Source: Gammaproteobacteria bacterium (GTDB taxonomy: Bacteria > Pseudomonadota > Gammaproteobacteria > JBCCGL01). Taken from it: 64,000 nucleotides of DNA. The notes under the pieces were generated by a model. That model saw nothing but the letters and a program-made list of their open reading frames with translations. It was not told the origin of the DNA and made no database searches. Within the stretch, counting starts at the first letter, position 1. Each line of letters begins with the position of its first letter. Shown piece after piece: positions 10,355 to 20,743 of the stretch. The stretch covers positions 256,001-320,000 of the forward strand of contig OZ255836.1 of assembly GCA_965277715.1 (NCBI GenBank). Reading direction: 5' to 3'. The position numbers and the translations under genes were made by a program.

Positions 10355-12944
10355 GGCCTGATCCATATGAATGGGCGGGTATACGATGCAAGCCTGGCGC
10401 GGTTTGTTAGCGCTGATCCGCATATACAGGCGGCGGGCATGAGCCAGAGCTATAACCGTTATAGCTATGTGCTGAATAACCCCATGAAGTATACGGACCC
10501 TAGCGGGTACTTTTTTAAGAAGCTTTTTAAGTCGATTAAAAAAGCGGTTAAAAAAGTGGTAAAAGCTATTAAGCCATTTATAGTGGTGATCATTGCGGCT
10601 GTGGTGACTTTTTATTGCCCACCCTGCTTAGCGTTAGTGGGGGGAAACGCAATTGCACTGGGCGCACTGGCCGGGGCAGCAGCAGGGGCAGCCAGTGCGG
10701 CTATTAATGGTGGTAATATACTTAAAGGCGCCATTACTGGTGGTATATCGGGTGCTATATTTGCGGGGACAGGTGTGTCAGGTTGGGAAGATAAAGCGAA
10801 GGTATTGGCTCATGGTATAGCGGGAGGATTTATGTCTGTGGTGCAAGGAGGGAAATTTGGGCAGGGATTTTTGAGTGCTGGGTTTGCTAAATTTGCAACG
10901 ACCAGCCTGACTAATGGCGGTGTTTTTAATATGGCTGATCGAAGTACTGGGAGTATTGTGGGCAGAACGGCGGTTGCGACAGTGGTTGGAGGTACGGCGT
11001 CTGAGCTTGGTGGGGGTAAGTTTGCAAACGGGGCCAGGACCGCCGCGTTTGCGCATTTGTTTAATGCGGAGTCGGGCCTTCTGAAGAGGAGCCGGACAGA
11101 TATTGGTGCTCCAACTGGGAGACAGAGATGGACAATGCTTGGGTATGTCGTTGATGATAAGTATGTTCCTGTCCCCCTGTGTCAGGCTAGTTGTCCCCCT
11201 CCCTAAATTGGGATTCAATAAGTTATTACAGGAGGCAAAGAGAGAGTGATATGGGTTGTCCAATAGAAAGAAAGGCCGCTGTTTTAAAGAAGATGCTGCC
11301 GCCGAACAATCAGACAATTTCCCGGTTAGCCAAAGAAGAAGGCATTGCACAAGGTACGCTTTCATAGTTGGCGAGCCCAAGCAAGAGCGAAAGGCGAACT
11401 CATGCCAGATGGCGATTTGACACCAGCAGGTTGGGGTTCTTCGGATAAGTTTGCAGCGGTTCTGGAAAGTGCGTCATTAAGCGAAACAGACCTTTCAGCT
11501 TATTGCCGTCATCGTGGTTTGTACCCTGATCAGATTAAGGCATGGCGAATGGCTTGTGAACAAGCCAATGACTGGGATCGCGCCCAAACGAAACGTTTAC
11601 AAACCAGTCGTAGAGAAGCGGATAAACGTATTAAACGTCTCGAACAAGACCTGCACCGAAAGGAGAAAGCGTTAGCCGAAACAGCCGCTTTGCTGGTGCT
11701 TAGAAAAAAGGCCCAAGCGATCTGGGGGGAGGGAGAGGACGAATGACCTGCCATTCAGATCGCCAAAATAGTATCCGTTTAATCAAAGAGGCCGTTGTCG
11801 CTGGCGCTACATTAAGCAAAGCGTGCAAAGTGCTTGAGTGACACCCTAAGACGTACCGACGCTGGGCAAACGCGGGTACTGTCCGTGCTGATGGCAGACC
11901 CAGCGCTCATCGACAGGCGCCTGGTAATAAGTTCACAGCAGAAGAGCGGGCATTGATTGTCACCACCTGTAATGAAGCGAACTACCAAGCGCTACCCCCC
12001 TCGCAAATTGTGCCCAAATTGGCGGATGAAGGTGTGTATGTTGGGTCAGAGTCAAGCTTCTATCGGGTGTTAAAGTCGGAAAACCAACTGCAGCGGCAAG
12101 GTAAGGCGGCGGCGCCTAAAAAACGGCACAAACCTAACAGCTACCTGGCATCAAGGCCAAACGAGGTGTGGTCTTGGGATATTACCTTTTTGAAATCGAA
12201 CATAACCGGGTGGTTTTACCGGCTTTACATGATGATGGATATTTACAGTCGTAAAATTGTTGCCTGGGAAGTGCATGACAGTGAATCGGCTGATCTGGCA
12301 GCGGCGCTGATCCAGCGTGCCTGTTTAGCGGAGGGGTGCAGCCAGAGTCAATTGGTATTACACGCGGATAATGGTGGCCCAATGAAAGGTGCTACCATGT
12401 TAGCAAAACTGCAATGGTTGGGTGTGATACCTTCGTTTAGCAGGCCATCGGTAAGCGATGATAATCCTTATTCAGAAAGTCTGTTTAGAACCTTAAAATA
12501 CACGCCTGCCTATCCGTCAAAGCCATTTGATAGTTTAGCCTCTGCCCGAAACTGGGTGCATGGATTTGTGCAATGGTACAACGACTCTCATTGCCATAGC
12601 GGCATTGGGTTTGTGACACCAACCTCACGTCATAAAGGCGAAGATCACGCGATACTGGCAGCCAGAAAAGCAGTTTATGAACAAGCAAAGGCCAAACACC
12701 CTGAACGCTGGAACCAGGATATTAAACACCTCGAACCGGTATCGGGGGTGTGGTTAAACCCGGAAAAGGAAGGCTTGGCCATGAGACAAAAGCATAATGG
12801 AATTGAAAAGCAAGTAGCATAGTAAAACGGACAACTACCTTGACAAACACCGCTGTGGTAGATGCTGCTATTAAAGAAGCGAAGCTTGCTCTGAGCCCAG
12901 TGCCTCGAAGAATAACGGGGGGAGCTTTTGGTTCTTTACTTGGA
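10355..12944 (+). pseudogene. Rhs core C-terminus plus toxin cassette 3, interrupted by IS3 (11173-12852) and cut by the IS at 12945
   Basis: GLIHMNGRVYD...NRYSYVLNNPMKYTDPSG is the Rhs-associated core. The frame resumes after the IS3 (DR CTGT): KYVPV|VDAAIKEAKLALSPVPRR. Confidence 0.88.
11173..12852 (+). mobile_element. IS3-family element, full length but defective (orfA 11251-11746 frameshifted; orfB has an in-frame TGA at 11839)
   Basis: Imperfect TIR with a TGTCA..TAGTTGTCC core, 4-bp DR CTGT, rve motifs WSWDIT, HADNG, DNPYSESLFRTLKY. Confidence 0.9.
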
Positions 12945-14473
12945 CCTGAGGCAGGTAATCTCATTGGCGATGCACACTACCAGCAACATCAGTGTTTCAA
13001 AATTCCTGGCTGTCGAGGTTTTAAATGCCTCACTAAGCTATGCATAATAGTTCTAAGAGACTTTCTTGTCATTATTGCATTTTGCAGAGAGCGGATGGTG
13101 AATGAGCATATACGGGTAATTCTAGCGTAAAAAAACAATGGGTTAACAAAGCCGCCTTTTTTCTGGGCAATTTGTTGTCTCTTATCAAGCATTTTAGTGT
13201 ATTTTTTATCAGATGGATGAATACATTCCAGGTTCTTTGTTTTTGATATTTCTTCAAAAATACGCATGATATTATAGGCCATGGCAGTAAAACGCATTTG
13301 ACTGTTCAGCGCATTCAGGTTTGAAGACCAGGCTTTTCTTTCGGTGAAATCACTTTTACTATTGTTGAATGATTTTTCTATCGTCCAACGCTTGTAATAG
13401 AGCATAGCAATAGTGCCTTGGTTAATTGACTCTGGTAGCGTTGAAATAAATTGATGTAATTGACCTGTTTCTGGGTCGCGGTATTTAACAATATGAAATT
13501 GGACCTTTTTATTTTTATATACACTATAGCCTTCAACCCCTGTATTAATTTCACTACCCTGGTCATAGGGTATAGAGTTGACAAAAGTTGCAACTGCATT
13601 TTCTTTGAGTACTGAAATCATAAAATTCTGATGCTGTTTTTGTTTTTCCCACCATGCATAATCAGTCACCGCCTTATCGTATATATAGAGATGCTTTTGC
13701 CAAGTCTCTTTTTCGCCACAACGTTGTTCAATATAAGAACGTAACGCGGGTATTTCCTGGTGTCGTTCAGTACCGTTAGTCACGACACAAAGTGGTCTTA
13801 GAAGTCCATTTCTGAGGTTCAAGGCATGAATAAAGCCTGCTGCGAAGACGTTGCCCTGACGATTTTTCTCTGTGTGACAAGCATGCTGTATAAAATGACC
13901 ATCAGCTGCTTCTACTCGATATTCTTCAAGTTCAGGAAATTGTTTTAAATAATCAATGTCCAAAGAAGATAATTTCTCACTTTGCAGTTGATAGCTTTGC
14001 TTTTCCATGGCTTGCATCATCTTCATCCGTCTTGTCGACTTCAATGCGTTAAAATAGCTTGAATGACAAATTGTCTCGTCGTATATTTCATCCGTAACCT
14101 GTAGATAGTGACGACCACTATGTACAAGACTTATACAGTGAAGTAACCCATGTCGAGAAAAAGCTACGTCATCAATGGAATCGCATGATCTTTTCCATAA
14201 AGGGAAGCGTTCAGCAGCAATTGCTTTTTCCATACTTATTTTACAGTGTTCGGTGATATATTCTTCAACGGTCATCATTTCGTTCATATTCAATTTGCCC
14301 ATTTAATCAGATATTAAATGGGTATTTTAAAAAAAATTCTGCTGGTGAATGCAAGTGTTTTTTTGGATAATTTTATTTATTTTATGAATTATAAAGCGTG
14401 TTATCGGTTTATAAAAAAACAGTACAAATATTATAAAAAATACTATTTGTAGCTTATGGCGGCTCTTTTCAGG
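12945..14473 (-). mobile_element. IS4-like DDE element, 437-aa transposase 12989-14302
   Basis: Motifs ADGHF, YDKA, YYKRWTIEKSF. Ends CCTGA...TCAGG are approximate. Confidence 0.8.
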
Positions 14474-14525
14474 TGTTATTCATTGCGTTATTAGCTTCCT
14501 GGTAGGATTCTAGTGGTACACCCAT

Positions 14526-15589
14526 GATCATTATATAAAGCCGGTAAAACCACCCGGTTATGTCCGATTTCAAAAAGGTAATATCCCAAGACCACACCTC
14601 GTTTGGCCTTGATGCCAGGTAGCTGTTAGGTTTGTGCCGTTTTTTAGGCGCCACCGCCTTACCTCGCCGCTGCAGTTGGTTTTCCGACTTTAACACCCGA
14701 TAGAAGCTTGACTCTGACCCAATATACACACCTTCATCCGCCAATTTGGGCACAATTTGCGAGGGGGGTAGCGCTTGGTATTTCGCTTCATTACAAGTGG
14801 TGACGATCAATGCCCGCTCTTCTGTTGTGAACTTATTACTAGGCGCCTGTCGATGAGCGCTGGGTCTGCCATCAGCACGGACAGTACCCGCGTTTGCCCA
14901 GCGTCGGTACGTCTTAGGGTGTCACTCAAGCACTTTGCACGCTTTGCTTAATGTAGCGCCAGCGACAACGGCCTCTTTGATTAAACGGATACTATTTTGG
15001 CGATCTGAATGGCAGGTCATTCGTCCTCTCCCTCCCCCCAGATCGCTTGGGCCTTTTTTCTAAGCACCAGCAAAGCGGCTGTTTCGGCTAACGCTTTCTC
15101 CTTTCGGTGCAGGTCTTGTTCGAGACGTTTAATACGTTTATCCGCTTCTCTACGACTGGTTTGTAAACGTTTCGTTTGGGCGCGATCCCAGTCATTGGCT
15201 TGTTCACAAGCCATTCGCCATGCCTTAATCTGATCAGGGTACAAACCACGATGACGGCAATAAGCTGAAAGGTCTGTTTCGCTTAATGACGCACTTTCCA
15301 GAACCGCTGCAAACTTATCCGAAGAACCCCAACCTGCTGGTGTCAAATCGCCATCTGGCATGAGTTCGCCTTTCGCTCTTGCTTGGGCTCGCCAACTATA
15401 AAGCGTACCTTGTGCAATGCCTTCTTCTTTGGCTAACCGGGAAATTGTCTGATTGTTCAGCGGCAGCATCTTCTTTAAAACAGCGGCCTTTCTTTCTATT
15501 GGACAACCCATATCACTCTCTCTTTGCCTCCTGTAATAACTTATTGAATCCCAATTTAGGGAGGGGGACAACTAGCCTGACACAGGGGG
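14526..15589 (-). mobile_element. IS3-family copy 2, 3'-truncated (orfA 15017-15511)
   Basis: Near-identical to 11173-12240 on the opposite strand. Confidence 0.9.
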
Positions 15590-16476
15590 GAAGCTTGACT
15601 CTGACCCAATATACACACCTTCATCCGCCAATTTGGGCACAATTTGCGAGGGGGGCAGCGCTTGGTATTTCGCTTCATTACAGGGGGTGACGATCAATGC
15701 CCGCTCTTCTGCTGTGAACTTATTACCAGGCGCCTGTCGATGAGCGCTGGGTCTGCCATCAGCACGGACAGTACCCGCGTTTGCCCAGCGTCGGTACGTC
15801 TTAGGGTGTCACTCAAGCACTTTGCACGCTTTGCTTAATGTAGCGCCAGCGACAACGGCCTCTTTGATTAAACGGATACTATTTTGGCGATCTGAATGGC
15901 AGGTCATTCGTCCTCTCCCTCCCCCCAGATCGCTTGGGCCTTTTTTCTAAGCACCAGCAAAGCGGCTGTTTCGGCTAACGCTTTCTCCTTTCGGTGCAGG
16001 TCTTGTTCGAGACGTTTAATACGTTTATCCGCTTCTCTACGACTGGTTTGTAAACGTTTCGTTTGGGCGCGATCCCAGTCATTGGCTTGTTCACAAGCCA
16101 TTCGCCATGCCTTAATCTGATCAGGGTACAAACCACGATGACGGCAATAAGCTGAAAGGTCTGTTTCGCTTAATGACGCACTTTCCAGAACCGCTGCAAA
16201 CTTATCCGAAGAACCCCAACCTGCTGGTGTCAAATCGCCATCTGGCATGAGTTCGCCTTTCGCTCTTGCTTGGGCTCGCCAACTATAAAGCGTACCTTGT
16301 GCAATGCCTTCTTCCTTGGCTAACCGGGAAATTGTCTGATTGTTCGGCGGCAGCATCTTCTTTAAAACAGCCGCTTTTCTTTCTATTGGATAACCCATAT
16401 CACTCTCTCTTTGCCTCCTGTAATAACTTATTGAATCCCGATTTAGGGAGGGGGACAACTACCCTGACACAGGGGG
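15590..16476 (-). mobile_element. IS3-family copy 3, truncated by copy 2 (orfA 15904-16398)
   Basis: Near-identical to copies 1 and 2; ends abruptly at the terminal repeat of copy 2. Confidence 0.9.
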
Positions 16477-16891
16477 GTGTTGGAAGACTTCAAACAATGG
16501 CTGGATAAGCATATTACTAAGGTGGCTAAAAAGTCCCTTACTCGTAACGCCATGGACTATGCACTGAATCAATGGCATACCCTCACAGGCTACTGTGATG
16601 ATGGACGGTTACACATCAGCAACGTGCTGGCTGAAAATGCCATTAGGCCTTTTGCCGTGGGTAGAAAAGCCTGGTTGTTTGCCGATTCAACCCGTGGCGC
16701 CCATGCCAGTGCCACATGTTACTCATTGATCGAAACGGCCAAAGCTAATGGGCTTGAACCCTATGCGTACATACTGCACGCCCTTAATCATATCGGCAGT
16801 ACGGATACTCTTGAAAAGATAGAGGTCTTGCTGCCTTGGCATGTCGGTTTGGACATTACCTTGGAATAGAGGCTGATTTAAGGGCGCTTAC
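16477..16891 (+). mobile_element. tnpC: IS66 3' remnant (tnpC C-terminus and terminal repeat)
   Basis: Near-identical to the reverse complement of 20722-21136; ends GGCGCTTAC. Confidence 0.92.
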
Positions 16892-17945
16892 AGCACTTCC
16901 CGTTATAGGTTTGAATACCCCAGCCACCCAGTAAAAACGCGGTATCTGAGAAAGTGCTGAAATAAGTTTTCGTAAACATTTAATCTGTTTTTGGTTATCC
17001 TGTGACGCCAAGCCAATCGCTTGGAGTTCTCCCGATGCCCAGAACCGTGTTTCGCCAGGATGTCAGTATTCCAGGGCTATTGTCCCTGGTCCGACGGGCC
17101 TTTGAGGCAATACCCGAACACAAAACGCGCTGCCAGATTCCCCTCGTGGATCATTTGATGAGTGGATTGGCGGTGTTTGGTTTGAAATATCCCTCGCTAA
17201 AGAAAGCGATCATAGGTTTTTGTTCGACTGGGTTGACAAAACCACCGGGGTGGCCGAGCACACGGATACCGATAAGCGCGGGTATACCTCCCGTTATCGT
17301 GCGCTCAATGGTGTGCCGCTCAATGAGACCCATTTTGACCTGGAGGTGAATTTCCTGGAGTACTGGGAAACCTCACCGAAGGGTAAAACACAGCACTTTG
17401 CCTGGGTCACCGACATCGAAATCGATGCCAACAATGCACCGATGCTCATACGAGCAGGGCGGGCGCGGTGGCGCATTGAGAATGAGACGTTTAACACCCT
17501 GAAGAACCAAGGCTATCACTTTGAGCACAACTACGGTCACGGCCATCGCCACCTCACCACGGTGCTCATGCACCTCATGATGTTGGCCTTTTTGATCGAC
17601 CAAATCCAGCAACGCTGTTGTGGTCTATTTCAGCATGCGCTGGACAAGGCGCTGAGCAAAACGCGCTTTTGGCGTCGGCTGCGTAGCTTGTTTGCCAGCT
17701 TCCTGATTCCCGATTGGGTGGTTTTATACCGAGGGGTTGTCGGCCAACTCAAACCCACGATCATCCCCATCGACACCTCTTGAACGATGGCTGTGACTGG
17801 GTGTGCCTAGGTGAGGTTTTTCAGGAAAATCAAGCCATAATCAGAACAGCCGTTCAACCGGTGACGGACACGGCTTCCCTTGATAAACGCGAGCTTTGCA
17901 TTTTCCCTGTACATCAACGGATATCTTTTTCAGCGGGAGCCTCTG
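16892..17945 (+). mobile_element. ISNCY-like transposase pseudogene (internally deleted or frameshifted)
   Basis: N-terminal LMSGLAVFGLKYPSL (ORF 17002) and C-terminal GRARWRIENETFNTLKNQGYHFEHNYGHG (ORF 17220). Imperfect ends CAGCACTTCCCG / CGGGAGCCTCTG. Confidence 0.75.
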
Positions 17946-18043
17946 GGGCGCTTACTTTTCTATTGCTTGTATACAATCTGGATATTAGAATATACCTATT
18001 TTCACTTAGCAAACCCACTAGCACCCATCTGAAAGATTCTTTA

Positions 18044-19810
18044 GTGGCACATAACAACAAAAATAAACGAGAACTGAAAGCAATCCTATTTGCCGATGTA
18101 GTAGGTTACACGCGCCTAATGCAAGACAATGAAGAAGCAACTCATATAGCAACCACCGAACTAGTCGATATTTTCACAAAGGGTTGCGATAAACTGGGTG
18201 GCGAAATGCTTGAAATAAGAGGCGATGGTATCTTTGCATTATTCACTAGTGCTATAAATTCAGTTCGGTTTGCAGATAAAACACAAGACCTTATTGAAAA
18301 ACATAATCAAAAATACGAAGACCATCGAAAAATACGCTTCCGTATAGGTATTCACTTAGGTGATGTGGTAAGAAATAATAAACACTACTATGGGGACAGT
18401 ATCAATATTGCTTCACGCATTGAAGGTTTAGCTGATCCAGGCGGTATTTGTATTTCCAACTCGATATACGAACAAGTCAAAAATAATGGTGATTTTGGTT
18501 ACGAGTACCTCGGACTACAAAGATTAAAAAACATCACTGAACCTATTAATATCTATCGAATTATAAAAGATACAAATACAGCCGTTCTTGTAGCAAGCCC
18601 ACGGAATTCAAGAAAAAGGGGGGATTCCGTGTCAGAAGAAATTCGCCCTTCTATCGCCGTATTACCATTTAAGAACACTAGTGGAGACCCAAATTTTGAA
18701 TATTTTTCCGATGGAATTTCAGAGGATGTAATTATAAATTTATCTAAATTTCACAATCTATTTGTAATTGCCAGAGGATCTTCTTTCGCTTACAAAAACA
18801 AAGATATTTCAGCAAAAAGAATTGGCCATGAACTTGGAGTTCGATATTTAGCTGACGGAACGATTAGAAAAACTGGAAGTCAAGTCAGAATTTCTGTTCA
18901 GCTAGTAGATACAGACACGGGGGGTATTTTATGGACAGAGTTTTATGATAGAAACCTTGAATACATATTTGAGATACAAGATGAAATATCAGCGATTATA
19001 TGTAATTCAACAGCAGTAAAGATAGAAAAAGAAGAACGAGCACGCATCACAAGACTGCTGCCAACTAATTTGCACGCGTATGATTGTGTGCTTAAAGGCC
19101 AACAGGAGATATCCAGTTACACTAGAAATGGCCTTACTCAAGCAAAAAAATATTACGAATCTGCCTTAAATTATGACCCTAAATATGCCCGAGCACTAGC
19201 CTCTATTTCTCACACACTAAATCTGGAATGGTTATTTTCATGGGCAAATGAACATGAAGACCAAACTCTACAACGAGCATTAGAAATAGCTCGTGAAGCA
19301 GTTTCTCTTGATGAAGGTGATGCGAGAGGTCACGCAAGCGTAGGTTTTGTGCAGCTATACCAAAAACAACATGAACTCTCCATGAATGCGTATCAACGAG
19401 CAAGACAGCTTAATCCTAATGATGCTGAAGTTATGGCAGATATGGCTGACGCTCTAATTCACTATGGTGATCCACAGAAAGCTATAGATTTACTCAAAAA
19501 AGCGATGCACATTAACCCTTTATACCCCGATAGATATCTATGGAACATGAGTAGTGCTTACTATAATTTAAAGTTATATAACATGGCAATTGAGTCCATT
19601 CAAAAAATGAATAATCCAGCACAAGGAAGTCGAATACTCGCCGCAAGTTATGCCCAATTAGGCGAAGTTGGTCGAGCCAAACACTATGCCAAAGAGGTAC
19701 TTGCTGCTGAACCTGGTTTTTCGCTAAAAAGGTGGCAACTAGTTATCCCCGATAAATTTAGCCATGACACAGAACATTATATAGAAGGATTAAAAAAATC
19801 AGGGCTCTAG
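18044..19810 (+). CDS. Class III adenylate/guanylate cyclase domain + TolB-like domain + TPR repeats
   Basis: ILFADVVGYTRLM, GDG, FRIGIHLGDV, GDSINIASRIE; PSIAVLPF...YFSDGISED; C-terminal TPRs. Likely start GTG 18044. Confidence 0.9.
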   Translation: MAHNNKNKRELKAILFADVVGYTRLMQDNEEATHIATTELVDIFTKGCDKLGGEMLEIRGDGIFALFTSAINSVRFADKTQDLIEKHNQKYEDHRKIRFRIGIHLGDVVRNNKHYYGDSINIASRIEGLADPGGICISNSIYEQVKNNGDFGYEYLGLQRLKNITEPINIYRIIKDTNTAVLVASPRNSRKRGDSVSEEIRPSIAVLPFKNTSGDPNFEYFSDGISEDVIINLSKFHNLFVIARGSSFAYKNKDISAKRIGHELGVRYLADGTIRKTGSQVRISVQLVDTDTGGILWTEFYDRNLEYIFEIQDEISAIICNSTAVKIEKEERARITRLLPTNLHAYDCVLKGQQEISSYTRNGLTQAKKYYESALNYDPKYARALASISHTLNLEWLFSWANEHEDQTLQRALEIAREAVSLDEGDARGHASVGFVQLYQKQHELSMNAYQRARQLNPNDAEVMADMADALIHYGDPQKAIDLLKKAMHINPLYPDRYLWNMSSAYYNLKLYNMAIESIQKMNNPAQGSRILAASYAQLGEVGRAKHYAKEVLAAEPGFSLKRWQLVIPDKFSHDTEHYIEGLKKSGL

Positions 19811-19860
19811 AATTAGGTAGCCGAGCATATATAAGCTCATGCCTAACCTGATTGTTCCTT

Positions 19861-19929
19861 AGACAAAAGCACAATGGAATTGAAAAGCAAGTAGCATAGT
19901 AAAACAGACAACTACCTTGACAAACACCG
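19861..19929 (+). mobile_element. Isolated right end of the IS3-family element
   Basis: Matches 12784-12852 (...ACAACTACCTTGACAAACACCG). Confidence 0.88.
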
Positions 19930-19985
19930 GATGGACACCAACACTTGAGATTGCCTAATCGTTCGCTTAACTGTCCGGTGAGTAT

Positions 19986-20510
19986 ATGTACTCGATAAAA
20001 TATCTGATTGGAGTAACAACTCTGCTTTATTGCTTGAGTTGCGAAGGTGGTGGAAGTGAGACTCATATTGGGGTTCTGCCGTTAGAGCTATCATCGGAAG
20101 CTCAATCTCGTGATTGTCGTTTTATAGATGATTTTTACTCTGATTATGGAGTTGTAGACCCCCCATATGTTTATGGTTTTAGATCTAAAAAAAGGCATAA
20201 AAGTGCTGCATTTTGGTGCAAAGAAATAAGTGGTAACTACAAACTTGTTTTTGTTGAAAAGGGGACATTAACAGCATTTAGAGATTTTAGTGAGTGTAAA
20301 TCTGCTCTTGTAACCCCAATACTATGGGGTGGGCTGTCATTAAAGACCCAACAAATTGTATTATCAGATTTCTACTACTATCCGAAATTTGAAAAGAAAG
20401 GATCAAAGACAGAACGTACTAAATATCCAATATTAGTCGCTGAAACTGAAGGAACAAGAATAGAACTATATTGTCATAATGGAGATTGGCTTTTCAATAC
20501 TTATGACTAA
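19986..20510 (+). CDS. Putative lipoprotein immunity protein (orphan)
   Basis: Signal peptide with lipobox-like LYCLSC, AT-rich, overlapped by a short upstream tail (...NCPVSICTR*) that may be a toxin end. Confidence 0.6.
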   Translation: MYSIKYLIGVTTLLYCLSCEGGGSETHIGVLPLELSSEAQSRDCRFIDDFYSDYGVVDPPYVYGFRSKKRHKSAAFWCKEISGNYKLVFVEKGTLTAFRDFSECKSALVTPILWGGLSLKTQQIVLSDFYYYPKFEKKGSKTERTKYPILVAETEGTRIELYCHNGDWLFNTYD

Positions 20511-20743
20511 AAAAACCTCTGTACACGACACAATCTAAGTAATCTGCGGACAATCATGTAGCGTGTCATTTTCTGATCGTATAAATTCACAAATTATCGA
20601 TCATAATATTGTTCAGTTTTCCGACGTTTTGCCACACTCTGACCATAACAAAAAATATTTTTACCCTATTAAAATATGACATTTTACCCATCTATATCAT
20701 ACCCGTACGATAACGTCGACTGTAAGCGCCCTTAAATCAACCT

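Noticed and set aside
17714-18043. N-terminal extension of the cyclase ORF
   Set aside because: It overlaps the upstream IS remnant; the cyclase domain starts just after GTG 18044.
18044-19810. Pycsar/CBASS-type defence cyclase
   Set aside because: The cyclase-TolB-TPR architecture is a signalling type, and no cNMP-binding effector gene is adjacent.
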